Origin: Amoebophrya sp. A120
Taxonomy: Eukaryota; Protista; Dinoflagellata
Length of the DNA stretch: 64,000 nucleotides
Direction: 5' to 3'
Assembly (NCBI GenBank): GCA_905178155.1
Contig: CAJINV010000008.1
Span: 558,001 to 622,000, forward strand
Below the pieces are notes generated by a model. It had not been told where the DNA came from. It made no database searches and saw nothing but the letters and a program-made list of their open reading frames with translations. Below are positions 1 to 11,673 of this stretch, piece by piece. Position 1 is the stretch's first letter, and each line of letters begins with the position of its first letter. Position numbers and translations under genes: made by a program.

Positions 1-213
1 GCTAACCTCAGAACGCTGCTACCATCTGACGCATTTTCTTTGAGACATCGCAACAAAAAATGATAGTAGCCTCCGCCTTCCTTATCACGGAAAAACAAAA
101 AGGCTGACCGTTCCGTCGGAGCGTTCAGTCGTGCCTGATATACCTGCGCCGTGCGTCGAGAGGAATTCGGGGTTTCTTATTGGGGAGTATGTAATGCAGA
201 AAAAACATACTTT

Positions 214-1369
214 CTACCCGTCGTGCCAGTCCGTGATACCGTCGACTGTAATTGAGCCCGCCAAAGGCGTGTCGCGGACGATGCACTTTACGTAGTTCTT
301 CTTGAAAGTTGCTTCGTATTCCTCACTTTTGTGCATGGAATCCAGCACTTCCAAGTCGTCCTTATCCAACAGAAACTCCATCGTTTTCGCGTCGTTCACA
401 TCCAGAAGGTTCTCCACGATCCTCTCCTTTGTGCAACTCTTTGGCAGCGCCTGAATGTTCTTTTTCTGTATCCACTGCAACAGCACACGCGAGGGTTTCG
501 TCTTGTGCTTTTCTGCGATTTTTCGTATTTCCAGTGGCATCTTCTCCGCGCTCAACAGCCGCCCGTCCGCGAAGGGTCGGTACGCCTGAAGTTTGAGACC
601 CTCGCTCTGAAAAAAGTCAATCGTCTTCTGCCGATACAGCCACGGGCTCACCTCGAACTGGTTGCTGTACGGGCGTACTACCGCCTTCCCTGCTTCCTCC
701 AGACCGTCCAACTCGGCAACGAGTTCCGTGTAATCTGCGACAGTGTAGTTGGACAAGCCTAGCCGGCGAATGGGCTTCGCGGGGCCGACAAACGGCATCA
801 GTGCCTTATAGGCTTCGATGTGTTTCTTCTCCGGCACGGGCCAGTGGATCAGAAAGAGGTCAAAGTAGCTCGCCTGCAGGTCCCGCAGCGATTGCTCCAT
901 CTGCTTCACCACAGCATCTGGGCCCGCGTAAATCGTTGACGTCCAGACCTGGAAAAAGTCAGGAGAAGTTATGCGCAGAAAAACGTCACACGCGAACACT
1001 TACACGAACTGCAACTAGTACTGTAGGTAGAGTATGTGTCGTTACCGGTGGCAATCAAGACGAAAGAACATAGCGAAGATTACTAAGGAGACAAAGATTC
1101 TTCATCAGCAAAACATGTACTTTGCCAATGACATACAGGCTGCCACGGTCCTCCTTCGGCCAGCTCGCCCACAGCGCTTCGCCGACTTCTACCTCATTTC
1201 CGTAAAACTCGGCGCAGTCAAACGCGCGGTAGCCTGCTTGCACCGCATCCCTGATCACTCGCAGCACTTCTGCCTTGTCCGTGGTGTTCGGATCACTGCT
1301 CCGCCCCACCTTGTATGTGCCAAAGGCAAGAAGGGGGAAAAAGTCCGGAGTTTCGTCCTCTGCTGCCAT
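214..1369 (-). CDS. Aldo-keto reductase family protein (2 exons)
   Basis: Motifs AFGTYK, GYRAFDCAEFYGNE, YFDLFLIHWP, LGLSNY, NQFEVSPW, LPKS..ERIVEN. Canonical GT-AG intron 949-1120 joins ..IGK|VWT.. in frame. Confidence 0.9.
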
Positions 1370-1829
1370 GATTGTAATTGTTCTTCCTTAAAATTATTGA
1401 AACGGCGATAGGCTGCTGTTGCGTCTTGCCTCAGTATCCGCACTTCTTTGTTCGTGTAGTATGGAAATCTCAATAAATGATCGTCTTCCTTCACATGCCC
1501 ACGCAGCTGCTGGTAATGAATCTCTTCTGATGAAATCTACCGACCACGAGATTGTGTATTACGTGCTTGCAGATCTTCGACTTGCGGTTGCGCGAATGAG
1601 ATCTGCATGATCTTCGTTCGCCAGTAGTTACAGACGCGGTGAACCGGGATCGTCGCTTTTGTTGTCGGTGACAAACCGAAGTGAGCAACAATCAACGTTG
1701 TTAAACGGCGGGATGAACAAATTCAATGCTCGTAAATCTGTAACTAGCAAATCTTGTTCGTGCCTAGGAGCGTCATGCCGCCGGTACCTACGAACTTTGT
1801 GTTGTAAAAGTCCATTTCACTCACAAATC

Positions 1830-3942
1830 TTACGTAGCAGAAGCAGAGGCCGAAGCAGAAAAAATAGCGGTAGAAGACGTCGATTTCGACGGAATTTTCG
1901 AAGCGGGGGCCTTCAACATGGTCGTTCTGAATACGCCAGTTGGCTTTTTCTCCACGAGATCTGGAGTAGTTACTGCACTTGGGATTAAATTCAAATCCAG
2001 ACCAACCCCCCCGACGAGACTTGGCGTCGAGCTGGGTCGCGATAATGTGCTGTAGTTTTTCACGCGGGTACCCCGCATCCCCTTAAACTGGCCGGGTGCA
2101 GCTGGTACAGGAGATTGCGACGTCGTTGCTGCGGACAACGAAGCCGCTCCTGTGTGGTTGCTTAGCCGCCCTGTTGCCGCGCCAGGAGGCCAGGTTCGAG
2201 TGACGGCTGCCTTCTGCGGGGAGGTAGTGGAGAACTGCGTTTTCGATGGCAGTTTCCGAAGACCAGTGGGTCGAGCAGTGGCACCTCGGCTAACCGGACG
2301 AGTGCTGCTGCTGCTGCTACCCTGAAGAAAGGATGGCAAAGGCCGATTTTTCTGCACTCCTGTAAAAGAGGGCGTACTCACACGCTCGGTGGTCGTTGCG
2401 AAGGCAGAAGAAAAATCGGTGTCGTGCGCGAAAGCCCCGAGATCGATGGTAGCGCTGCGCACGCGAAATCTCTCCTCTTGCTCCGGCTGCTGTTCAACGA
2501 GCTTCTTCAGAAGTAGAGCAGACTGCTCATCAGTCTCGGTCGGCGCAACTCCTGGAATGGATCCACGATCGATTGCCAAATCTTCCGCGCCGGTTTCTCT
2601 TTCACCGAGCGGTGCGTGCTCTCGCTGTGTCTCAGTTTCAGCTGATGCGCCAGATAAAAGAGCCTGCTCGTTCTTTGTCTCTGCTTCGTTCTTCGCCTCT
2701 CCGAGGACTCGCTTTGCCTTTGAAGAAACCACCTTGTTACTAGCCCGCAGCTTGCTCCCGACCGTCTCTCGGCCGACGATCAGAGCACTGTCTTTGACGC
2801 CGCCTTCCGGCACTGCTATCCCATGCAACCTCAGATGGTCGCGAAATTGCACCACGCAATCCTCCTGTTTTCGGGACTCAATGGCGCGCGGCCGGAAAGT
2901 GCGGATGAAGTTGATGGCGTCCTTGCTTTTCGCCAATTTCTTCGTGACAACGGCCTTCACAAACAGGTAAAAGCAGGCAGCAAGCGTTCCCGTCCGCCCG
3001 TTTCCGCCGCGGCAGTGGATCAAGACCCTGTTGATCGTCTCTTCGGAGGCGGTCGTGGACTTGTTTGCCTCCGTGTCGGAAGGCATCAGCTCCGTTTCAG
3101 AGTTACTCGAGGCCGAGAAGAGGACGTCATCGCTCGCGGCGGCTCTCGCTTTTGACAAAAACCCTGGACCCCATCTCAACTCTGCCATAGCGCCGCAAAC
3201 TCGGTGCACCTGCGGGAATTTGCGTTTGGTTTGAATCTTTTCTTCCCAGCCATCTGTGGCGTCGGACACCAGAAATGCAACTTTGTATTATCGTATACAA
3301 CTCGTAAAATGAACTGATGCACACAATTTGCACCTTCGATACCCATACCTAACATCCAGTATTAGTCAGTACCTCTTCCATGTCTGAAAATGGTGCCATT
3401 TCAATGACCGCGAGGTTTTCTAACAGCACGATTCCAAGGTCGCAACAATGCTTGCGGTACTGGTCCTGCTTGATGCCGAGCGACAGCAGCTCGGATCGGC
3501 TCAATAAGTTCACGACCATTTTCACATTTCGTTCCGATTTCAAAAACTGCAAGTCCTGAAAAAGGTCACGGTCGTACACGCAAGAATCGCGACCACCGTT
3601 GGGCAGTTTTTTTCCCGGAGCCATCGACAGGCCGAGGTGCTCCATGTGCTCGTCGTTCCGTAGCCAGGTAACCGGCAGCTTATGCGTCTCCGAAGTGATC
3701 TTCATCACAGAGGGCGCAGATGTTGAACCAGTGGACGGAACGGCGCCCGATGAGCTCATCGTTTTCAAATTCGACGAGGCCGTCGTGGAGGCACCTTCTG
3801 ATTGATTTTTCTCCTTGTTTTCCGTGTCGCTTCCATTCCTACTCGTGCTGGCTGCGCTGGCACTGGTCCGTCCCGGCCCGCGGGGCGGTGATTTCGAGGA
3901 ACGTGTAGTGGTACGGGCGAAAATCATGGTCGCGTTTTTCAT
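1830..3942 (-). CDS. Dual-specificity/cyclin-dependent kinase inhibitor 3-like protein phosphatase with a long low-complexity tail
   Basis: CX5R active site VLIHCRGGNGRTG, IRTFRPRAIESRKQ, and N-terminal LSMAPGKK...RDLFQDLQFL. One intron at ~3270-3370, exact ends uncertain. Confidence 0.8.
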
Positions 3943-4566
3943 AGATTATTATTTCAAGTTCTTTTTACGATTGCGTCACTACGAGAACGAGATTCAGTTT
4001 CTGTGGAATCGGTACGAAAGACACGCCTTGTCTTGCGAAGCTGCTAACAAACCCGGTTTATCAAATACTGGAATCCTGGCTATTAGAGAGCAGAACTCAG
4101 ATGTTACTTCGGAAAACGTACGCAAAAACTACGATGTAACGAAGGTGGACATCAAAGCCGAAGAACGCATCCCCACCCGACCCACCTCTTTCTGATAGAT
4201 GCAGCAGCCTGCCCAAGCTGATTGATTGAGACAAGTAATAGCACGACACAGTCGAAGCGAGTAAGGCAGACAAAGTGACGAGAGGAAAAATCGAATGTTG
4301 CAAAAATTCAACGAATGACCCGAAACAAAGACAAAATGTGATCGACAACTCGAAATAATCGGACCATCTTCATCAAAATCTCTTTTCTTGCCATTCTACT
4401 TCTGTGCAAGTACTAATACGCTATACTGGATTTTTAATCGCTCCGCCAGCGCACGAAACATCGCATAGGTGAGCCCGCACGTTCTTTGCGAACAAGTAGG
4501 TAAACCTACCCTTCGAACGACGGACCACACGCATCTTCCAACAATGGTTCCATAATGTACCAGAGA

Positions 4567-7500
4567 TCATCGGAAACCAGTCCCTGCTCCCGCCTCCGAA
4601 TAAGCTCCTCCAGCAATCCCAGGCTCTCGCGACGGGCCGCGATCTCCAAGTCGCCGCCCAGCAGGCTGGGAAAGCTGTTGGGCGGCGTTGCGCAGGCGAA
4701 CGACTGCCAACCTCCGATCTTCATCCACGTGGGAAAATGCATCGCCAACGCTCCCGGCGTACATGCTGATGAGGTAATCGGGCGTGAACCAAAACACGAC
4801 GGTGGAGGCCGCGCCGATAATGCCGTATACCACTGGCAGCAGCGTCAAGCAGTAGAGCAAGATCGACAAAGCAAGGAAGTTGGTGCCATGAACAGTGAGA
4901 GTGACGTTTGCACCCGTGGCCTTTAGAATCCGGACCAGAGCAACGGTGCGAGACGAAACGTCGTGTATGGAAATCAAAGCGCGTGCACTTCGCGTCCACG
5001 ATAAGGTTGATGCCGGGTCACTCCGCGGAACACTTGAAGAGTTTATTTCTGCGACATCACCCGCTTCATCCGCGTTGATGTGCTGCTTTGCCGAGCCGAC
5101 GCGTGAGATTGTTGTATTCGATCCACCTGCAGCTCTTGTTCCCCCGTCAGTCTCGCCGATGGACATACCTAGCGTCGCGAGATGGGAGGTCATCATGTTA
5201 CAGCTTGAGCAACTGTTAATTCCTTGGGCGCGTAAGTTGTTGGTATGGTGCTTGTATTTGGTGTTAGCAAAACCGATTTCGTTGTGGCTTCCGGCGATTT
5301 CTCAAAATCGAATTCGTTGTGGCTTCCGGCGATTTCTCAAAATCGAATTCGTTGTGGCTTCCGGCGATTTCTCAAAATGAACGAGGGCAACGATATCGCA
5401 CTAAAAAAAGGCCCGAGAACGCGGGCTCGAGCCGATTTGCTCAGCCGCGCCCCCACCGGTCCGCGGCCGCGAACTCGGGCCTGGTTGGTTTCCGTTTCGT
5501 TGTTTGGGGGCCTTAACCCGCCGCCCTGAAACTGCGATTTTGCGGAAAACACGGCCCGCGTTTTCTGCGAAGTCGCAGATTCAGGTCGGCGGGTTAAGGC
5601 CCCCAAACAACGAAACGGAAACCAAACAGGCCCGAGATCGCGGTCTCGCGCCGATTTGGTCGCCCTCCCCAACCCAACCCGGCGCATGACCCAACCCCAC
5701 GACTCCCCGACCCAGCTCGGGGTGCNNNNNNNNNNNNNNNNNNNNNNNNNNNNNNNNNCCCGCGGCCGACCAAATCGGCTCGAGACCGCGATCTCGGGGC
5801 GATTTGGTCATCGGCCTCTCCAGCCCGTCCAACCGCGGCCGACCAAATCGGCTCGAGACCGCGATCTCGGGACGATTTGGCCATCGGCCTCTCCAACCCG
5901 TCCAACCGCGGCCGACCAAATCGGCTCGAGGCCGCGATCTCGGGCCGATTTGGTCAGGAGCCTCACCAAAGTTGGACCAAATCGGTTCGAGACCGCGATC
6001 TCGAGACGATTTGGCCAGCAGCCTCACCAAGTCGCGGTCTCGCGCCGATTTGGTCGCCCTCCCCAACCCGTCCTGGGGCATCCACCCGCGGGCGACCAAA
6101 TCGGCGCGAGACCGCGATCTCGAGACGATTTTGTCAGCAGCCCCACCAAACCGGCTCGAGAACGCGACCTCACGCCGATTTGGTCGCCCTCTCCAACCCG
6201 GCCCGAAGTGCCAGAGCCAGCCGCCCATCCGACCTGGCCCGCAGCCCTCCCGCCTCGTCCCCAACCCCGCCCGGCGTGCCGGGCCCCATCGCTTCCCGAC
6301 CAAACCGCCACTCCGGGCCGACTTCGGCCGCTCCGACCTCTGGCCCATCCGCGAGCGACCAAATCGGCTCGAGAACGCCTGCGCCCCCCGGCCAAATCGG
6401 CTCGAGAACGCGTTCTCGGAGCGGCTTAGCCCGCCGTCCTCCCACCTCCTCCCCAACCCGGCCCGGAGTGCCAGAGGCGTCGCCCACGCGATCGCGTTCG
6501 CGCGCCCGTTTGATCCGCGGAAAAGGCGCTGCCACAAAAGCTGTCTCGCCGATGGAAATACCTAGCGTCGCGAGATGGGAGGTCATCATGGCCAGGAAGA
6601 GACACACGAAGATGCTGCACAGGAAGCATACACAGGTGACTACGGCGCAAACCTTTCCCAGCCATCTGCCACGCTGAGCTGAAATAAGGGGCTCATCCAG
6701 CCAGGCACTAGAACTTTCGGTTTGGTTTCCACCGTCCGCTCCTGCAACTCCAAAGCCAGCATTTCTGTAGTGCTCGTCCGCGTCATACGTTAGGAAGCCG
6801 TACGCGATAAAGCCCAAAAGCCCGGAGAAAACGATCCAGAGCTCCGCCGTGAGGGACAGCTCGCGCAGTTGCACTTGCACTTCAGGATCGGCAAAAAAAT
6901 AGTGCAATGACATCGCCCAAAGCCCTAGCGGCCGGAAGCGCTTTCGCCGGTTTGCGTGATCGATCGCATCTTGCACGACGTAGCGATCGTTGCCGTCTGC
7001 CACCTGCTCCTCTACTACGTGGAATTTTGTCTGCGGCTGAAAAATTCAAAAATTCACTTTTGCGACGCCGTGGAGCCACTTGCGTCTCTGCCGGGTCGCA
7101 TATAGCGTCGCGCCTGTTGTCTTTTCGTGTGATCGATTAGGAGAGGCGCTGAAGCACTAGCGCCAGATCGTAACGCGGCGCGCAATACACCCTGAAAGCA
7201 TGGCCGCTTTTGGCGTTGTTTGACATGCTCCCCAGGTCCTCCAAAAATGACCAGCGCAAAGCCCGCCGGGGCTCAGGGGAGGGGCCCAAGGGGGGCACCC
7301 CTGCTGGAGCCGCAGAAGAATTTGCGCAAATCGTCAAACGCCATTGGTAATTGCCGATTTCGGGCCTTGCGCAAATTCTTCTGCGGCCCCACCCTCCGAC
7401 CCCCCCGGGGACCCCGTCTCGTGCCGGACGGCTCTGCCGGACTCCCACAAATGTGCCAATCGAAGTACGGGGAGCCGGGCCTCCCGGGGTAGGAAGGTAG

Positions 7501-8030
7501 AAGCGTAAAAAGCGGACCATGGTCAGCTACCGTGGCTGAGGTGCTTTCCGCTGGCGGCGTCCCCGCTCAGCACCACTGCACCCGCCGAGGCCACCAGGCC
7601 TGGGACAACCCAGACAGCTTTGCCGTTACGCCCAAAAATAAAATTTTTGAATTTTTCAGCCGCAGACAAAATTCACGTTGGTATCCTCTGCCTCGACTTT
7701 ATTCGATCCGGCACTGCTGCTTGCCGCGAATCGTGATGGCGGAATGTCCAGGAGCAAGTAGCGCCTCAGGACTGCGCGGCACTCCGCGACCCCGCGATCG
7801 TACCTCGTCCGACTCTCGCTGGAGCAGCAGTCGTGGAAGCGCTTCACGCCGCGGCGCAGCCGACGAAAATGCAGATCAGCAGCAGGGGTGCTGGTTCCGC
7901 GATCTGCTTCGGTGGGACTACTCCCGCTGTTGTAGCTGCGACCAGCATTGTTGATAGGATAATGATCCTTCCCCGCATCAGCGCTTTCTTGTGTCGCATT
8001 TCGCGGATGGTGCCGCATAATGGAGAACAT
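4567..8030 (-). CDS. Uncharacterised multi-pass membrane protein interrupted by two insertion-derived introns
   Basis: ORF segments 7677-8030, 6562-7018 and 4567-5168 join in frame once 7019-7676 and 5169-6561 are removed. Several hydrophobic TM-like segments. 5' and 3' ends uncertain. Confidence 0.65.
5277..5378. repeat. Tandem repeat, 35-bp unit x ~3
   Basis: gttgtggcttccggcgatttctcaaaat recurs at 5281, 5316 and 5351. Confidence 0.95.
5467..5643. repeat. ~177-bp near-perfect palindrome (long hairpin)
   Basis: Arm ...ggtttccgtttcgttgtttgggggccttaacccgccg... pairs with ...cggcgggttaaggcccccaaacaacgaaacggaaacc... Confidence 0.9.
5759..6420. repeat. 73-bp tandem array of self-complementary units, degenerating rightwards
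   Basis: ccgcggccgaccaaatcggctcgag at 5760, 5833 and 5906. Each unit has a ccaaatcg...cgatttgg stem. Adjacent to the assembly gap 5726-5758. Confidence 0.85.
7021..7674. mobile_element. Fold-back TIR element acting as a non-canonical (GT-AC) intron, ACGT target duplication
   Basis: 33-bp TIR 7022-7054 / 7642-7674; ACGT at 7017-7020 and 7675-7678. Removing 658 bp gives EDTN|VVEEQVAD in frame. Confidence 0.88.
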
Positions 8031-8603
8031 TGCCCTCGTCCGCGGCGAGGGAGCAAAGCGTGGTCGTTGTTTAACTGCTGCGGGACCTCATCAACTATCG
8101 AGGAATGTCCGGGCCCATTCGGCTAACTTGCTAATTTTCGCCACGAACTCTGAGATAGAGCGACCATCAATGACGATGTTGACGCCCAAAAACGATCCAC
8201 ACGATTACGATAAGCTGGCGGTCCACTACTAGCGTCAGCATTGTTCATTTTTACGGCCGCTAGAATCAACGAAAAAACTAAAGAAGTGAAAAGACCATGG
8301 CTGCTGCGGTACATCACAAAGGGCATGGATGCCAATCGAGAACATCAGAATGAGCTGAGGAAGGCCCAAGCGAAGCACTCACGGAAAAGCAGGAGCGAGT
8401 TCCCGGGCACTTTAGGGCTGAATCGCGTCGACGCACGAAACACCTATGAGCGTGAGCCAGCAGCATAATAGAAGGCGCTCGAACAACGTCGCCTTCATCA
8501 CCATCAAGAGGCGCCGACTTTTTGTAAAACGACGCGCAATGAAAACAAAGCGGCGTGCGCCCGGTTTCAATCTCGGATTCGCGTTGCAGCTAATAAAATA
8601 ATT

Positions 8604-10876
8604 CTACTCCAGCCGGCGGGGCGGCGCGCTGGCTACATTTGGGGGCTCATCATCCTCGTCGTCGTCGAAGCGCTCCTCCGCCCACACTTGGCCCGTTTTT
8701 ATCGCGTCTATCTCTACACCAACGGCTTCTACCATTTCAACGTCTTCGGTGGCGTCCGGTTCTCCAGTGGGCGACACCGGAATGAAGCCAGAAAGGCCCT
8801 TGATTTCCTGCGGAACCAGCAAGATGATAATCAAGCATCCGCATATCACGAACACGTCCTCACCAACTTCGGCACCGACTACGTTCCACTGCTCCAGTAG
8901 CACGCCCAAAGTTGAAGGGGGCTCGATCACACCGGCGGGAGACAATGTGGGCTGTGGAGTTTTCTTTTCTAGGGAGCCTGCTGCGCAACTACACGTAGAA
9001 TAACTAAAAAGACGATAAAGTGAACCTCACCACCACAAAAAGACATTTTCCAATAGGTCGACAGCTGTATGAGTGGCATCATGGCGGTACCACTGACTAA
9101 GCCATAGAGATGAAAATCCAGCTGATTTCTTCTGTACGTTTGGAAACAATACTTACCTGCGACGCTACCGCGAAGCGCGCGAACACAAATGCAACGAGTG
9201 TGAACAGAATCGACACCAACAACGCACCCCAGGCAGCCATGAATTTTGTGAGCACGTCGGCCAAAAATTCGCCTTCATTTCGTGCAAACTCGCTGGTGAA
9301 CCGCCGCGCCTTCGCCACTGATTTGTCCAGGTAGAGTGCGAGACCGAAAATGACGGTGACCTCTGCCAGCGCCGACGCGGGCGGAAGCTGAAAGAAGGAG
9401 GAGTCTGCTTGAGAGACTGGCAACTCCTCGTCCCGCGGTCGGGTGTAGACCATCCCGTTTAGCCCAGTGAACTGATTGAATTCCCAGTGTCCAAACGCGA
9501 GCAGTCTCCAGAAAAAGAACACGCCGGCCGCAATGGCGGCGTACATTTTTTCTCCCGGCCGCAGAGCTGCGATCGTCGACGCGCTGACGCCGCCGCGCAG
9601 CAGAAGACAGCCACTGAGAAAGAGCAGCGCCAACCGAAAGCTTGCAACGTGCTCCTTCGTGGCGGTAGTGCCGTTCGCGGAGAAGAACTCGAGCGGCCCG
9701 TTGTTGAGCTCGCGGGACGACACGACCTCGCGGTTCCGGATGAACTTGCCCCAATACTGGGGGTAGCTCCCGGAAGCGTTGAACACGTGGAGCAGCGCGG
9801 CGAGCAAAAAATTCGAACAGGCGGACAGTGCGCAGATTGCGAACGCTGCCTGGTGCACGAACGCCCACGTCTTGTAGGCGCACAGCAAGTACACCGCCAG
9901 ACCGAGGAAAACCACCGTGAAAATGGAGAACATCCCGATCATCGTCATGCCGGCAGAAGACAGGTAGCCGTGCCCGTGCTTGACGCGCAATTTGGCGTTC
10001 ACCGTTAGACTCCCGTCGTTGGCTGGGGAACAGTTCACAATGGCCAAGAAGTATCCAGTCCGCGCTAGCGAGCCAAGGTGCTCGGGTTTCAGAAGTGCCT
10101 GTGAAGAGCCGAAGAACTTGTTTAGGTTTACAAAAACTTCGTTCCTATAAGTCGCCGCAGAATAAATTTAGGGAGCGTGGCTCATGCTGACTAAGCAGGA
10201 GCTGCCCTAGTAAGAATAATTACTCACACCAAGCTCCGGCGTAAAGTTCTTCGATTTGACCACCAGCAAAGGGAAGAAGCGCATACCTTTGCCTCAGAGG
10301 TGCCACGTCGCATGTGCTCTTCTGTTGTTGTGTTGAACACCAGACCAAACCGGTTCGGATCCTGCTCGTACAAAACCTTGCTCGCAGTAGTGCAGGTGTC
10401 CTCCTTCTCCTTGCAACAGAAATGATCTGGGTCGAATGCCTTCTTTTCCGAGCCTAACTCCGCTGTGGGCATGAGAACCAACTGTGTGTGTGTGTGTCAT
10501 GTCATGCCATTCGAATCATGCTTCCTAAAGAAATCACGGATTCAGTTACCCTCGGCGAACGAATCAACAAAAGTAAATTTTGCGTCATCTTCTCATAGAT
10601 TCTTACCCTGGTTTGCGGTTGCGGCCCATCCTTTGCGCTGGAACCCTGGAACCTCTCGACTTCTATGACAGCATGCGGGTCGGTAATGGGCAGATAATCC
10701 AAGACGTTCCACAGCGGAAGTCCCCCCGGCTGAAGGTCCACTGGATAATTCGCGAGCGTCAGCGTTTCCGCGTTGATGTTCCGTACATGGTTCTCCAGCT
10801 GCAAGAAAAAAGCAACGATGAGAACAAGTCTGTTCCCTGGGGAACGAGGAAAAAACGAACGCGAGGAGCACGACAT
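8604..10876 (-). CDS. GOST seven-transmembrane protein (GPR107/TMEM87-like)
   Basis: Signal-like N-terminus, luminal CC..C segment, GYFLAIVNC...HGYLS, multiple TM helices, acidic tail. Canonical introns 8952-9156, ~10120-10286 and 10482-10606. Confidence 0.7.
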
Positions 10877-11673
10877 GGTGGTGCTTGTGGCTGAGAGATA
10901 TGGCGCTTCCTTGTGCAGTGCTGATGCTGATCGAAGCCGAAGGAGCGAGTAGTTACCCAATGTCAGAGGCGCACGACCTCGAGGCTCCGAGGCTGCACAC
11001 AAATGAGCACTTTAGGTGCAAGCGAATGCACAATGCAAAGGAGCACGACAAGAGGTACAGAGAGAACACCGCCAAAAAATTCTGCCCATGTGTAACCTTG
11101 GGAGCGAAAGCAGATGTCGAGCTTTCGCAGGTATAGAAGGATGCTGTTTGCGTACATTATCAGCCACACAATCGTCGTACGCCCATTTTGCTGTCGCATC
11201 AAAGGTCAACAACTATTGTGAGGTTCTGGGAGGTCCTTTTCCTTTATTCCCACCAAATATCAAAAAAATAGATGCGATGCTGCTCATGCTTGTGCTTGTT
11301 CGTTCGATTACGAAAAAAATGAAAGCTTGAGGCACAGGAAGAGTTCCACGTACCAAAAATAAACGTCAGGTAAACTGTAACCGCTCCTGTCAAATGTATT
11401 TTACAGTGGGCCGAGTGGTCCTTTGCGCCGTCGTCTGTGACTACTTTATTACATACATTCATTGATGAATATTGCAGTTGTAGAGCTCCCCTTTGCTTGT
11501 GCTTGGCGTCGTCGTTATATTTTTCGAGGTCTACAGGAGGACCACGCTGACCACATTCATTTCGCTGCACATAATATGTACATCAAAAAAATGAAAAAGT
11601 GCTTCTCACACGAAAACACATCATGTATCAAAACCCGCAGACGCGCCGAGGACGTAAAGAAGTTAATGCCTCT

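Larger units (their letters stand above)
5150..6590. mobile_element. GC-rich repetitive insertion flanked by a 48-bp direct duplication; predicted GT-AG intron 5169-6561
   Basis: 5150-5197 and 6543-6590 differ at one base, and both contain CTAG|GTAT on the sense strand. The interior is tandem and palindromic repeats with an N gap. Confidence 0.75.

Noticed and set aside
5277-6000. CRISPR-like appearance of 35-bp and hairpin repeats
   Set aside because: Units are contiguous or have near-identical linkers, with no unique spacers and no cas genes; the context is eukaryotic.
5581-6677. Long Arg/Pro-rich ORFs on both strands in the repeat insert
   Set aside because: Artefacts of GC-rich tandem repeats spanning an N gap; no domain motifs.
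9062-9124. CAGCTG direct repeat followed by TATG as an introner
   Set aside because: It lies inside a canonical GT-AG intron (8952-9156) and has no TIR.
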